Assembly: GCA_051294375.1 (NCBI GenBank)
Contig: CM119270.1
Location: forward strand, 4,410,152-4,474,151
Reading direction: 5' to 3'
From: Paraspadella gotoi
Lineage: Eukaryota; Animalia; Chaetognatha
Length of the DNA: 64,000 nt
Shown: positions 42,816 to 56,568 of the stretch, piece after piece
Layout of the letters: each line of letters starts with the position of its first letter
Position numbering within the stretch: position 1 is the stretch's first letter
The notes under the pieces: model-generated
The model's input: only the letters and a program-made list of their open reading frames with translations
Database searches by the model: none
Told to the model about the DNA's origin: nothing
Program-made: the position numbers and the translations under genes

Positions 42816-43296
42816 TCATTGAAATTGACGCACCAACGCCTCTCGCCTTAAGACTTCCTGACGCCATCTTGAATATTCAATCGACCTTTGTTCCGATTCG
42901 ATTTTCTCTCCCCTCTTCTCTCCTCCAAATTTTTCCGCTCTCGTTTCTTCTGATTCTTCCTCTTTCTGTCCATCTTCCCATGACGACCGTCCCGATGCGT
43001 TTCGTCGATCACAACTCAACTTCATCTCGGCTCCCTATAATCAGTCTCTGTCCTCGCTCCATCGTTCAAGCTTTTCTTGCCTCTGCGTCGTTTATCCTCC
43101 TCCTCCCTGCCTCCCCTCCCCTCCCCAACAGCCCGCGAACCGATCCTCCAGAGACCGCTGAAAGTTGAGTGCCGAGTGTCGCCTGAAGGGAAAGAACTCG
43201 TCGTCGACGGAGGCGAAGAAAGAGGAGACGCCCTCCTGCGGCGGCGATCGACCCATCGAGGGGCGGGGGTGTCGAAGAAGGAGGAGAAGGCGGGGC
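42816..43296 (-). CDS. Alpha/beta-hydrolase 3' exon(s) carrying catalytic Asp and His regions (frameshifted read)
   Basis: Acceptor ctctttcgccag. Composite translation 'SFFDT...LLFFASVDDEFFPFRRHS' fits the family pattern LL.HG..D..P..HS; later 'ETHRDGRHG' fits the G-x-H motif. End uncertain. Confidence 0.55.
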
Positions 43297-43559
43297 CTGG
43301 CGAAAGAGGGGGTGGGTGATTATAGAGAGGGCGGAGGGGTGGAGGGGGGTTTGAGAGGTGGTTTGGAGGAAGAAAGAAATCACAGAAGAGTATATAATAT
43401 TATATATATAATATACAATATAATAAGAGAGAGAGAAGAGAGATAAGAAAAATTAATAAGAGAGAATGAAGAAGAGAGAAGAGCAGAAGAGATGAAAAAG
43501 CAGAGAGAGAGAGAGAGAAGGAGAGAAGGAGAGAAAGAGAGAAAAAGAAAGAAAGAAGA

Positions 43560-43599
<40 letters not shown>

Positions 43600-43720
43600 G
43601 AAAGAAAGAAAAGAAAGAACAGAAGATCAGAAAAGTAGAGAAGAGAGCAGATAGAGAAAGCGAAACATAATAGGTGAGAGAGTAAGAAAAATTAAAAGAG
43701 AGAAAGAAAAACAGAGAGAG

Positions 43721-43754
<34 letters not shown>

Positions 43755-43896
43755 AGAGAGAGAAGAAAGAAAAAAGAGATAGAAAAGCTAAGAAGAGAGA
43801 GATAGAGAAAGCGAAACATATAGGGGAGAGCGTAGAAAAATTAAAAGAGAGAAAGAGAAAAAGAGAGAGAAGAGAGAGTGAGAGAGAGAGAAGAGA

Positions 43897-43943
<47 letters not shown>

Positions 43944-43986
43944 AGAGAGAAGAGCATTATGATATAGTACCACCTCTACCACTCAC

Positions 43987-44251
43987 CCACTATCCCCCGG
44001 TCATCCTTGCACCATATCCTCCGCCATGAGAAGTACAATCGGTCCAAAGGGATTCACAGCGAGCCTCTTTCAGCTTTGGCGTTTGGCGGCGCCGATGGCA
44101 CTGACGGCGCGACCCATGGAGTGACCCACGACGAAGGACACGGCCGCCGAGGGAACGCCCGGGAGGTTCGCCGCGAAAGTAGAGAAACGGCGGCCGGTGG
44201 GCGGAGGCGAAGGCGGAAGGGGAGCGGGGGCCGGCGCTGGAACCGTAACCC
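43987..44251 (-). CDS. Alpha/beta-hydrolase exon with nucleophile elbow (ABHD12/13/17-like)
   Basis: cag| then (R)GYGSSAGP...; 'SFVVGHSMG.AVSAIGAA' (G-x-S-x-G); 'LAVNPF'; donor gtgagt at 43986. Frames switch, consistent with indel errors. Confidence 0.7.
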
Positions 44252-44537
44252 CTGGTTTGTCAAAATTTTATTTAATATCTTAGAATTATTAGAAATCATC
44301 ATGTAGAAAACAATATAAATAGAGACACGGTGAGATATATGACAAGACTGATAAAGAGTCTCATCTACACGAGAGTATAATCGTATATTAATTGAGAAGG
44401 AAATAAGGAATATGTAAACGTGTTCAGTTTGTTCTTCAAAAAATGAATCGTTTCGTGAATGTCGTTTGACCATATTTAAAGTATGATAAATGTGAGGGTA
44501 TAAAAAATTGCCTAAGCTTATTATTTCACCAATGCAG

Positions 44538-44568
<31 letters not shown>

Positions 44569-44877
44569 AGAGAAGCGAGCAGAACGAGAGAGCGCACAGG
44601 TGATTATGTTGATGGGGATGGTCAATCTCAGAGGAGTCTAAAATCGTTATTGACGACTAAAGATATTGACCGAGCAGATCTAATGTCATGTCAGTTCAGG
44701 TAAGGCGACTTCACGTAATGTTCATTGATGTTAACTTTACTTTGTCTTTCGGGAGTGGTTCGTATGCTTATCAGTAATTCTAAAGTATGAACAACGTTGT
44801 AAGACTTTAATAGCGGGGTGAAGAGATAATCGGTGATAGAAAGTTGGTAAGACTGTATGTTCTTTCATTCGATTCAC

Positions 44878-45018
44878 CGGTGGTGGCATCAATCCCAACG
44901 AGAGCGCGAGAGAACGTTATGTACCCGTGACGGAGAAGAAATGTGGTCGACGGTTTCCCAGTTTCCTGCGATTCGACAGTGTGCTGTAGTGATATTCAAT
45001 TACGTCTTCTCTTTTTTT
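44878..45018 (-). CDS. Alpha/beta-hydrolase upstream exon (oxyanion region)
   Basis: 'IAGNWETVDHI..FFSVTG.NVL' resembles HGNAGN...NVL. It ends CG|gtgaat, which joins in phase with the next exon's G to give R-G-Y-G. Confidence 0.55.
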
Positions 45019-45869
45019 CTATTTATTGGTTTGGCGAATCATCTCTCTCTCTCTCTAGAGCTTCTCTCCTCTCCTCTCTCTCTTACCTATTCGTCTCTCT
45101 TTCCTCTCTCTCTCTCTCTTCTCTCTCGTCTCTCGTCTCTCTCTCTCTCTCGTCCATTTTCTTCTCTCTCTCTCTCTCTGCTACTCTCTCTCGTCTCATC
45201 TAGTGCTCCTTACTCATCTGCATGCATCTTGCTCAATCTGTTCTTCGTCAATGTCGCGGCTCTTTTCTCCCGCTCATCGGCAGAACTCTTTCTCTCTCTC
45301 TCTCGATTCGTCGCGTGCGACAGAGGTGAGTCGCATCCCTCAGATACTCCCCCTCTTCCTGTCTAATCGCTCTCTCCGTCATCCCCTCCCTCTCTCGTTC
45401 TAAACTACTCTCATATCCCCCCCTCATCGGCCTCGCCTCTGCCTCTCGGTCGCTTTTCCGCTTCTCGGCTCCTCTCTCCTCGTCTCTCCGCACTCTCCCT
45501 GCAGTTTCTCTCTCTCTCTTTACGCGCCCTCTTTCTCTCCCTCACCGTCCTTCCCATACGTATACAGCGCCCGGTGGCGTTGGTTAAATGGCCGCCAAGA
45601 AACCGGAAGTGTTGGCGCAATTCTCAGGACGGCGATGATTCCCACGGGCGTCGGTTGGCGGAAAGCCGTTCGCCTTGGTACGGGGAGACGCGGGGGAGAT
45701 TTAGTGGCTTCTGACTTTTAGCCTCGTACTACACATACTTTTTTAAAAAAAAATATACAGTATGTGACTAGACTTAGAGAAAGTTCTCCCGGATCGAAAG
45801 CAAGCATGGGTCCTAGATATGTAACGTATTATCTAATAAGAAGGCTGGAAGCTTTAACTCACTAATAGC

Positions 45870-48800
45870 TGTCCAAATCTGGGCGATAAAGCCTTTCTAA
45901 TTTAATGAATGGATAATTTAAATTATGAGTGTACCAATTTTATTCAGAATATTATTCATCTTCGCAATAAGGATTTCCTGTGTCTGTTTTTTTTAAAGTT
46001 AGCTATAAAAGTCAATCTGTTATCGACAATAGTGGGACCTAGAAAAAACCTCGAAAAAAACCCCCAAAAAAGTCTGTGACTCAGCAATTCCTCGTCTGGC
46101 GAGTCACTGCGAGCCGCGTTGCGCTGCGAGTCCATGGAGTCTGCGCCGGAGTCGATCTGCGTCGCGAGCTCATCGCGAAGCGCTTCTGCGATTAGTCACC
46201 CGAGGCCTGTCAAGGTCGAGGATAGAAAGTCGTCTGAGGTCAATTCCCCGTCCAACGAGAAGAGAATTTGGGTCCGAAGGTTGTCCGACGCCCATTTTCA
46301 CATCACACGAGCGATGACGACGACGATGACGCTCGTAACTAAGGACGACGAGACTGAACGATGACGCGAAAAAATTAATCCGACGCGTAATCAGCGACGA
46401 ACAACAGAAATTAACAACAACACGACCTAACTGCAGCGGATGTTGGAACGGCTAGTAGCAACAGCAGCGACCATAACGAAAAGCAGCGAAGAAGCCCCCC
46501 CCCCCCCCAACGTCCCCTCAAAAAAAAAAAACAAAAAAACCCGAGTTAGCACCACGCTTATCGTCGAGATCTTCGTCACGCCTCTTTCAACACAATGACG
46601 TTTCCGGTTTTATGAAGGAAGGCGTTCGCCTTTGAAAAATGGCCTCGGTACACGCGATTTCGTAAGATCGCCGCGACGCGAGTGCAGTACGCCAAAAGTG
46701 GCGCCGACGGCCAAAAAAATGGGCGGGAGGATAAAATATCGGCGCGTCGCGCCGGGCGGTTATAATCGCCGCCACCGAAGTGCGTCCCCGGTGGTGCGGC
46801 GTTGTTGTAAGTTCTCGTCACGCCCAAGGAGCAGGCGAGCCGAACGAGTTCGGCGTTCTTCGAAACCAGGCGTCGTCTAAGATGACGCCGTAGGCCTCCG
46901 AGCGGCGTCGCTCGCATCCGCGACAAAGACGCCGCCAAAAAGATGGACGCCTGATGACGACGATGACGACGAACGAGAAAGATGAAAATCGGACACTTCG
47001 GTCAGATGGTGCATCGACGGAAAGATGGGAGAACCGCCGTCCGATCCAGCGCTGGAGAAAAAGTGTATGCGGGATTTGAAGTAATGATGGAAAGAAAGAA
47101 TGGTAACGAATCTTTAAATGATGTGAAGATAATTCAGTTATTCAAACGTAGTTATATTTTAATACTTTAAAAAAAAAGACTCCGTTTTAAGTTTAATTCA
47201 ACAGATAGATCAACAGAACGAACCACGTCGACCAGGCCGTCACAGGCGCTCCACCAGGCGTCCACCTGAATCCACAGTTCCGCGTTTCCAAGGCCCCTCC
47301 CACCGGAAAAGGTAAACATCCCTGATTTTGTCAAAACGTCAAAAACTCTCTTTCCGTCCTCATGTTTTAAATATATTTTGTTGTTGTTTTCATGTTGCTT
47401 TTTATGCTTTTTATCTTCCTGACAGGGAAAAAAGTTCTTGTCGAATTGCGGAATTTTAAAGAGCCGATTAAAATACTTCCTCCCCATTCTTACCCCGTGC
47501 CGTTCGCGAGTGACACCAAAAAAATATTTAAACTATACTTTAATATTAATTAAACATAATTCATCAGTATATACTTGACGTTTTTTTATGTATAAGTTTT
47601 ATTTCGTGTTTAATTCATTTAACTATTTCTTTTGTTTAATTTTTTTTATTTCTAACCCATAAGAATATTTGCAAAAAAAGACCATTTTAGCGCGTGTTTT
47701 TTGATTGATCACTAAGGAAATTCCTATTAATGGTTTAATCAAATGCGTAACTGAATATCGTAAAAGGTTGAGTAATTTTTGAGTTAATGATTTTTATTTT
47801 ATTTTATCTTCAAATTGTAAATTCTTAAGTTTTTTTATTACAATTCGTTCCCAATTTAAAAAACAAAAAAAAATGCTGTCCTGAGCTTGTTCTTTGACTT
47901 TTTTGAAAATAATTATTCTATATGTGGCATGGAGACGGTCTCCTCCAACAGGGAGGAATGGAATTTTTAGTAAGAAAAGAATTTCGAGATCGAGTGAAAA
48001 AAATGAACGAGAGTTTATTTTCCAGCTCGCATCATCGGAGAATTCGCGCGCGAATACCAATTTACAATGACTTTAAAATGAAAACCACTTTTGTTATTGA
48101 AATCAAGAATTCAAAAAGAGGAATTGCAATTTTATGCCCGAGCTATATTGGATTTAGCATTGTTTTTTTTAGCGCACGTCACAGAGAAAAATTCGGCTTC
48201 GATCTTCACTATATCCGTAAAGGAATTCCCAATATAATTCTTATTTAATGGTGTAAGTGAATTTNNNNNNNNNNNNNNNNNNNNNNNNNTGTCCAAAGTC
48301 AGGGGCGATAAAGCCTTTTAATTTAATGAATGGATAATTTAAATTATGAGTGTACCAATTTTATTCAGAATATTTTCATCTTCGCAAATAAGATTTCCTG
48401 TGTCTGTTTTTTTAAAGTTAGCTATAAAAGTCATATTTTATCGACAATAGTGGACCTAGAAAAAACCTCGAAAAAAAACCCCAAAAAAGTCTGTGACTCA
48501 GCAATTCCTCGAGTCTGCGAGTCCTGCGAAGCTGCGAGTCTGGCGAGTACTGCGCAGCCTGCGAATCAAGGCTTCGACGGGATAAGAAGTCGTCCGGAGG
48601 TCAATCCCGTCTCAACGAGAAGGGAAATTTGGGTCCGAAGGTTTCGCGCCACATTATTCCGATCCATTTTACGACAACGACGACGACGACAACAACCGAC
48701 GAGATGACCGATGACGCCGAAAAAATATCACACTCGACCGTAATTCAGCGACAACAACCAAGAATAATAACATAACAACAACGACAACTGCATGCGGTGC

Positions 48801-50523
48801 TATGATGGAACGGGCAAGCAGCAGCAGCAGACCATAACGAAAAGCAGCGGAAGAAGCCCCCGGAGCCTCCCAACGTTCCTCCCTCAAAAAAAAACAAAAA
48901 AAAAAAACCCAGTAGCACCTCGTACTCGTCGAGTCTCGTCACGGCCTCTTTCGAACACAAGACTTCCGGTTTATGAAGGAGCGTCGCCTTGAAAAATGGC
49001 GGGACAGCGATTCGTAAGATCGCCGCGAGGATGCAGTACGCCAAAAGTGGCGCCGACGCCAAAAAAATGGCGGCGAGGATAATAATACGGCGTCGCGCCG
49101 GGCGGTTATAATCGCCGCCACCGAAGTGCGTCCCTCGGTGGGCGGCGTTGTTGTAAGTCTCGGTCACGCCCAAGCAGCGAGCGAACGACGTCTCGGCGTT
49201 CTTCGAACCAGCGTCGTCTAAGATGACGCCGTAGGCCTCCGAGCGGCGTCGCTCGATCCGGCGACAAAGACGCCGCCAAAAGATGACGCCGATGACGACG
49301 ATGACGACGACGAGAAAGATGAAAATCGGAACTTCGGTCAAGATGGTGCATCGACGGAAGATGGGAGACGCGTCCATCCAGCGCTGGAGAAAAAGTTATG
49401 TGGGATGTTGAAGTAATGATGGAAAGAAAGAATGTAACGAATCTTGTAAATGATGTGAAGATAATTCAGTTATTCAACGTAGTTATATTTTAATACTTAA
49501 AAAAAAAACTCCGTTTTAGTTTAATTCAACAGAATAGATAACGAACGAACACGTCACCAGGCGTCACCAGGCGTCACCAGGCGTCACCTGAATCCCAGTC
49601 CGGTTTCCAGGCGCCTCCACCGAAAAAGGTAAACATCCTGTTTTGTCAAAAACGTCAAAAACTCTTTCCGTCCTCATGTTTTAATATATTTTGTTGTTGT
49701 TTTCCATTTGCTTTTATGCTTTTTATCCCTTCCTGACAAGGGAAAAAGTTCCTTGTCGAAATTGGGAATTTTAAAGCCGATTAAAATACTTCCTCCCATT
49801 CTACCCCGTGTCCGTTCGCGAGTGACACCAAAAAAATATTTACTATACTTTAAATATTTAATAAACATAATTCATCAGTATACTTGACGTTTTTTTATGT
49901 ATAAGTTTTATTTCGTGTTTAATTCATTTACTATTCTTTGTTTAATTTTTTTATCTAACCCAGTAAAATTTGCAAAAAAAGACCATTTTAGGCGTGTTTT
50001 TGATTGATCATAAGAAATTCCTATTAATGGTTTAATCAATGGCGTAACTGAATTATCGTAAATGTTGAGTAATTTTTGAGTAATGATTTTTTATTTATTT
50101 TTTTAATTGTAAATCTTAAGTTTTCTTTATACAATTCGTCCAATTAGAAAAAAAAAATGCTGTCCTGAGCTTGTTCTTGACTGTTTTGAATAATTATTTT
50201 ATATGGTGGCATTGGAGACGGATCTCCTCCAACAGTGGAGGATGGAATTTTTAGTAAGAAAAGAATTCGAGATCGAGTGAAAAAAATGAACGCGAGTTTA
50301 TTTCAGTCACATCATCGGGAGAATTCGCGCGCGAATACAATTTACAATGACTTTTAAATGAACCACTTTGTTATGAAATCAAAGAATTCAAAAGAGGAAT
50401 GCAATTTTATGCCGGTAATATTATTTACATTTTTTTTGCAATTCAAGAGAAAATTCGGCTTCGATCTTCACTATATCGTAAGGATTCCCATATAATTCTT
50501 AATTTAATGGTGTAAGTGAATTT
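45870..50523. repeat. ~2.3-kb tandem duplicate (45870-48264 / 48290-50523) separated by exactly 25 N
   Basis: Colinear throughout; differences dominated by 1-2 nt indels. Confidence 0.9.
48669..49384 (-). CDS. Multipass membrane protein exon, GPCR TM5-TM7-like (degraded duplicate at ~46330-47052)
   Basis: Acceptor tttttctccag; hydrophobic segments EVPIFIFLVVVIVVIGVIFW and IIILAAIFLASAPLLAYCILAAIL; after an apparent homopolymer frameshift, YGLLLLLARSIIAP..ELRSSVIFFRR. Confidence 0.45.
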
Positions 50524-50825
50524 TAATAATTTTAAGTATCTAATGAATAATTAATTTATAATGATTTTCTTTTTTTAAAAGATTCAGTTTTTTACCAAAG
50601 ATGAAAATGGATGACCATTATAGAAAAGTTGTTTTACATAAGTAAATATCAAATTAATCTTATGAAATTAAAATATAATAAACGTCAAGTAGTTTGCTAC
50701 AGAATGAGGAAAAAAACATTTAAAAAAAATATTTATCCAATGAGAAATGGTACGCATTTTTTTGGTGCCACTGCGCAACGGACACGGGGTATCTCTCTCT
50801 CATTTTCTTTCTTTGTTTCTTTCCG

Positions 50826-50859
<34 letters not shown>

Positions 50860-51309
50860 TCTCACTCACCTCACTTCTCTTTCTTTGTTTCTTTCCGTCT
50901 TTCTTTTTCAATTATCATTCACGCCCGATTGCATAAAGAGAGGAGAGATTTTTTTTCTGAAATAATCGGACGTGAAACAAAAGGGACATTTTTGACGAAT
51001 TCCCGAGTAGGAAGATTTTTTTTTTTTGAATCAGAAAATCTTTAATTGAAAGGTGAATTTACTCCCACTAATACATCTTTCGGCGCGAAAAATAAAGGGC
51101 AAAAGTACGAAGGAAATACCGATCGTCATTTGGGAATTTTTCTGGACAGGCAGTCGTTCAAATTAAGCGAAATTGTTACATATGCGACTATGTCTAGTTA
51201 ACTAGTTAAAAAGAATGAAAGAAAGAAAGTAAATAGAAAGATAGAGAGAAAGAAAAAAAGAAAAAAAAGAAAGAAAGAAAGAAAGAAAGATATATAGAAG
51301 ATAAAAGTA

Positions 51310-51458
51310 AGCAAGTTTGAGCAATCAATGTAGGATCTGCCCACGATAATTAAGCGGTAAAAAAAAAAAAGAAAAAAAAATAAATAAATAATTTTTTTCA
51401 ACTTGACAAAGAGAATTATAGAGTCGGAAGCGGCTGATAAGCAGATCCGACTAAAAAT
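51310..51458 (+). mobile_element. Short HINE-like family D copy with both ends
   Basis: Subterminal ggatctgc is inverted in the 3' gcagatcc; 3' hairpin agtcgga...tccgact then aaaaa. Confidence 0.7.
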
Positions 51459-51759
51459 ATCCTTTTCTATATATAGGTCATTTAAAAATAATTGCGGAAA
51501 TTATTTTTGATTATCTTCACCGACGATGAGGCGATGCAAAAAATATTAAAAACGCAAAAAAAAATCGGAAAAATAAATTGTGATTGAATGAGCAAGTTCA
51601 ACCACTGGGCGTTGAGCGAGTTTGTCTATCGGTGCGCGGGAATCTTTAATCCAGATGATCAAAGTGAGGTTTGGGGGTGAGGGAAAGGGGGCGGGGGGGG
51701 GAGGAGGTGTGGCTGATGGGGCAACTTATCTTCGTCTTTCGATTTATGACTTAAAGAAA

Positions 51760-51972
51760 GTATTATGGCAACGGGAGGATAGCCTGTGATACCCGGGGCG
51801 CGGGGTATCTCACCAACTGGCGTAGGGGCTGCGGACCCTCAGTGACCGCCTCCTGTCACTGGCATGTTTATACCGGCACCGTCACATTTAAGCCAGAACC
51901 GGGATACCCGGGGATTGAACCCGGGACGCACGGATGGAATGAGATGATTTAGCCTGCTCAGCCATTGAGACG
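51760..51972 (-). mobile_element. tRNA-derived SINE family B
   Basis: Minus-strand A box TGGCTGAGCAGG (51964-51953) and B box GGTTCAATCCC (51921-51911); body shared with the 22128-23030 copies. Confidence 0.75.
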
Positions 51973-52181
51973 AGGCTGAGGACGGACAGCAGTGAGGCAG
52001 CTTTAAGTCTTGCTGCCACAGTATTATCTTTTGAGCCAAGATACTTTTTTCGTTACGAAAAGTAAGCACGAAATTATAGAAAGTACATTTAAAATGTTTA
52101 GTTACGTAATTTTGCGAGGTCATAATAGTTTGTTGGACTTACCTCTCCAGTCGAACGATGTTCGATGTTGGGGGGGAAAAA

Positions 52182-53095
52182 GAACAAGTTTGAGCAAACA
52201 ATATCGGATCTGCCTACGATAATAAAGCGGTAATAAGCTAATGCGATGATAAATCACGGTAATTTTTTCTGACTTTTAATTTGTGATCCTTACAGATCAC
52301 AACACGTAACATAAAAAATCATAACAGACTTCTTAATAAATCTATGAAAAAATCTATAAATCAAATGATCTATCAGTGGCCTCGCCAATACCAACTTGCA
52401 TAATTTGATAATTTTGCATAATTTGCTAATTTTTGCATAATTTTGTCAACCTGCATAATTTGGTCAACATGCATAATTTGATCAACTTGCATAATTTAAT
52501 CAACTTGTATTATTTGGTCAACTGACATAATTTTTTCAACTGGCGTTATTTGATCAACTTGCAAAATTTGGTTGACTGGCATAATTTTGTCAATTGACGT
52601 AATTTGGTCAACTGGCATAATTTGATCAACTGGCATAATTTGGTTAACCGTCATAATTTGGTCAACTGGCCTAATTTTATCAACTGGCATTATTTGGTCA
52701 ACTTGCAGAATTTGGTCACATGAATAATTTTGTCAACTGACATAATTTGGTCAACTTGCAATCAATCAATCAATCAATCAATCAATTAATCAATCAATCA
52801 ATCAACACAAAATTTAAAATCAATTTATGTATTCAATTTTTATTAAATATAATAATTATTAGTAAATATAAGTAAAAATACTTCAAGTAAAAATGACTTA
52901 ATTTTTTTCCTTTTCAACTCATTTCCACTCGCATGATTCCAACGAAACATTATATCCAGCTCGATCACACACTTTCCTTCCCACACACAAAATTTCATTC
53001 CAATCCAACCACTCAATCACGAGTTATTGGAGTTTGCAAAGTTGGGACGGACGGACGGACAGACAGACAGACAGACAGACCGACAGACATCATAT
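52182..53095 (+). mobile_element. HINE-like family D copy with internal 18-bp minisatellite
   Basis: Family D 5' end; (cataatttggtcaactgg)n at ~52395-52760; (CAAT)n; ends in a (GACG)/(GACA) tract. Confidence 0.6.
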
Positions 53096-53769
53096 TTTTT
53101 GCATAATTTATCAAAATTCAATGTTCTGACATGAAATAAGCAAAGTAACAGAAAATTTAGAAAAAAGAATAAAAAAAACGAACGTCACAGAGAAAAACGG
53201 AAGAAGGGAGAGAGAGAGAGAGAGCGAGAGAGAGAGAGAGAGCGAGAAAATCCCAAGACAAATTGAGAGATATTACACCTTGAACCTGTTGGCGAGAGAA
53301 ACCGCGAAGGCAAGCGTCGTCGTCGTCGTCCTCGTCGTCGTCGTCGTCGTCCTCGTCGTCCTCGTCGTCGTCGTCCTCCTCGTCGTCGTCGTCGTCCTCG
53401 TCGTCCTCGTCGTCGTCGTCGTCCTCGTCGTCGTCCTCGTCGTCGTCCTTGTCGTACGTTTTAGTCATTGTCGTCCCCTTAATTTAAATCTCGGATTTTA
53501 TTCAAATAGGTAATAGGTAATAGGTTAACAATCCTCCTTTCAAGTCACAATCGAAATGTTATAAATTCTTGCCACTGCCGAGTTATGTATATATTTCGAT
53601 CTCGTCACATGAGAATCAACGAATGATCAAAATGTATCGGCAACTTTCCAGAGAAATATAATTGCGATTATAATTAATTATAATTAACGAGGCGGAGGCA
53701 GTTTCGATCTGGATTCGACACATATCATCGGCATCTGATGAGACGGTACCATCGTCGTCGTCATCGCCA

Positions 53770-53800
<31 letters not shown>

Positions 53801-54431
53801 CTCAGCTGAAATCGAAATAAATGGGAATCGATTTCCGGGACGAAGAAATGAAACGACATCCGGGTTTTGTCGGCTTTTTCTTTCCGGTTGGCCCTTCGGT
53901 GGCCTTTCCTTTCCGGCAGGCCATTTATTGGCCGTTCTTTACCGGTCTTTTCCCGTTTTAGGTTAGCCATTTGTTGACCGTTCCTTTGCGGTCAGACATT
54001 TGATGGCCTTTCCTTTCCAGTTATCCATTTGTTGGCCTTTCCTTTTCCGGTTTCTCGACCTATTCTTCCTAGTTGGCCATTTGTTGGCCCTTCCTTTCGG
54101 GTCTCCCATTCCGCGGCCATTCTTTTCTAGACAGTCTCTCTTATTTTTGGTTCCGATTCCATCAGCGATGTGCCTTTCTTTACCAGCTGGCCATTTCTGG
54201 TCTTCCAATTTGCCTGTTCAGTCATTCTTCAGCCTATCGTCAACCAATCGTCAGCCATTTCCCGATCTGTCTCCATTCTTCCGCCGATCTCAGTACCGCC
54301 CACCAGCTTTGCGTTAAACAACCGCAAGTGTTTTCGCGATTGATTTTGTCCCTCTGTCGGCCAAAGATTTTCTCTCGGCCAACGCCTTTTTTTTTCCTGG
54401 CGGCTTCTCACTTTCTGCAAATCATCAATTA

Positions 54432-54467
<36 letters not shown>

Positions 54468-54636
54468 GCGTGCTCTCGTGCTGCTCTCGGTATCTCTCGT
54501 TGTTCGTTCTTTGAGTTATGCGTCTTTGTGTTTCTTAGGTTTTGCCTGCCGGTCGTCTCAGTTAACTAGGAAGTCTTGGCCTACGATCCATTCATCCGTC
54601 ATATTGCAGACTCCTGGAAACTTCATCTTTCGTCTC

Positions 54637-54703
<67 letters not shown>

Positions 54704-54812
54704 CTTCTTTCCTTATTCAAAAGTGTGTTTTTGTCAACTTGTCACTTTATAACGGAAAAAAACAACCCAAACTAAGTTAATATGAAAGACACAGAGAGAG
54801 ATGAGAGAGGAG

Positions 54813-54860
<48 letters not shown>

Positions 54861-55081
54861 AGCGAGAACGACATAGCCAGGTTGTCGAAAGGTTGGACGA
54901 GATCCAATAACCTTAATGACTTTTTCTTCTCGCTCGAAGTCTCTTGCTTCCCAAAGTGGGTCATTCGATTGAAAGAAATAGCGAGAGAGAGAGAGAAGAG
55001 AGAGAGAGGGAGAGAGAGAGAGGAGAGAGAAGAGAGAGAGAGAGAGGAGAGGAGTCGCAGAGAGAGAGATGAGGCGGACGA

Positions 55082-55117
<36 letters not shown>

Positions 55118-56484
55118 TTTGAAACCGGAAACGATGTTTTCTCAGCCGTAAAATCGAACTTAGTGTATAAGTTTATTCCCTCTTAAGTAACGCGAAATTA
55201 AATTGACTAAATTGAGTGAGAATCGACACCGGTAAAAGCTTTTTATTATATTGAATTATATTATTATATTAAATTAAATTGACTAAACTGAGTGAGAATC
55301 GAAACCGGTAAAAGCTTTTTTTTACAGAACAAACATCACAGTATCCCTATTTATCCCCGTTGATCAACCGCGTGAGAAAATTACAAAAAAGACGTTTGGG
55401 ACATTTCGATTTCATCGAAAGAATTGCGCCATTTTCTCTTTCATCTTCTCCTCTCTCCCTCCCACCTCTTTCCCCCTTAAGTTTCCCCACTTCCCTTCCC
55501 TTTTCCCTCTCCGGAAAATAGTCTTGCCCTTTGGACGGCGGAGAACAATCGGTCGCGAATATTTATGAGTTTCGCGAGACGAAAAAGACCTCGAAAACGC
55601 GGGTTTAATGGCCGCTGGTTCCTCGGACACGCCCACCGCGGCTCGATTGCGACGACCAGCCCCGAGGTTGTTTGGGGAAGACGAGTTTTACGTCTCTCTC
55701 TGTCTGTTTAATCTGGCTATCTACCCTCTTTGTCTTTCTGTATTTGTTTTTTTTTAACAAAAAGATTTTGATCTTTCTCCAAGATTATCAGTCTCGTCTT
55801 TTAAGTACGTTCACGGATCTGTATTTGTGCGTTGTTGTCTTTTCTTTCATTCCCACAGTGACTTAGAACTGATAACTTAGGCCACGGTTTTTTCCTTGCA
55901 CAAAGTAATTGTGATACGAATTCCACGTTTGGTATGACCATTCCACAAAAATCGAAAAAAAACGAAACATAAAAAAATGTCCTTTAGGTTAGATTTTTGC
56001 GTTAATCGAAAGAATTTGAAGGGAAAAGAAGCTAAACAAAGAGAAAAAAAAAACTGTTGAAAAAATTGGAGTTCGACCCTCGGACATTCGCAAAGAAAAG
56101 GAGAGAAAGGAAGGATATTAAGCTTCTACTCTTCGTTAGTTTGTTAAGTGAATTAATAGAATATGCAGGTTTAAAAATAAAGTTGATTAAGAAGTAAACG
56201 GAAAGGTTTCGGGCACGCTTTAGCGATTTTGAATGGCGAATCACGATGATTAACGATATCATTATGAATAACTAACTGATAATTTACTATAAACTACAAA
56301 AATCGTATACGTTATGTATTGCGCGGCGAATGTCTCAAGGTTGACAACATTAGTTGATCAAAATGAACAAAAATGAAAGAAGAAACAAACGATGGAACCG
56401 GAACCTTTGAAGTGGCATCGAAAGAAGAAGAAGAAAAAGATGAAATTAAAAAAGAAATAAAAAAAGACATGATAAGAAGAAATC

Positions 56485-56497
56485 ATGGTGAGAATTA

Positions 56498-56568
<71 letters not shown>

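Noticed and set aside
51900-51972. Functional tRNA gene
   Set aside because: A/B boxes are present, but there is no cloverleaf acceptor stem and it is fused to a dispersed repeat body (SINE).
52395-52760. CRISPR-like array
   Set aside because: Contiguous 18-bp units without unique spacers, in a eukaryotic context.
53735-53760. CUGAUGA + GACG/CGUC stem resembling a hammerhead
   Set aside because: GAAA core is absent; it runs into a (CGT)n microsatellite.
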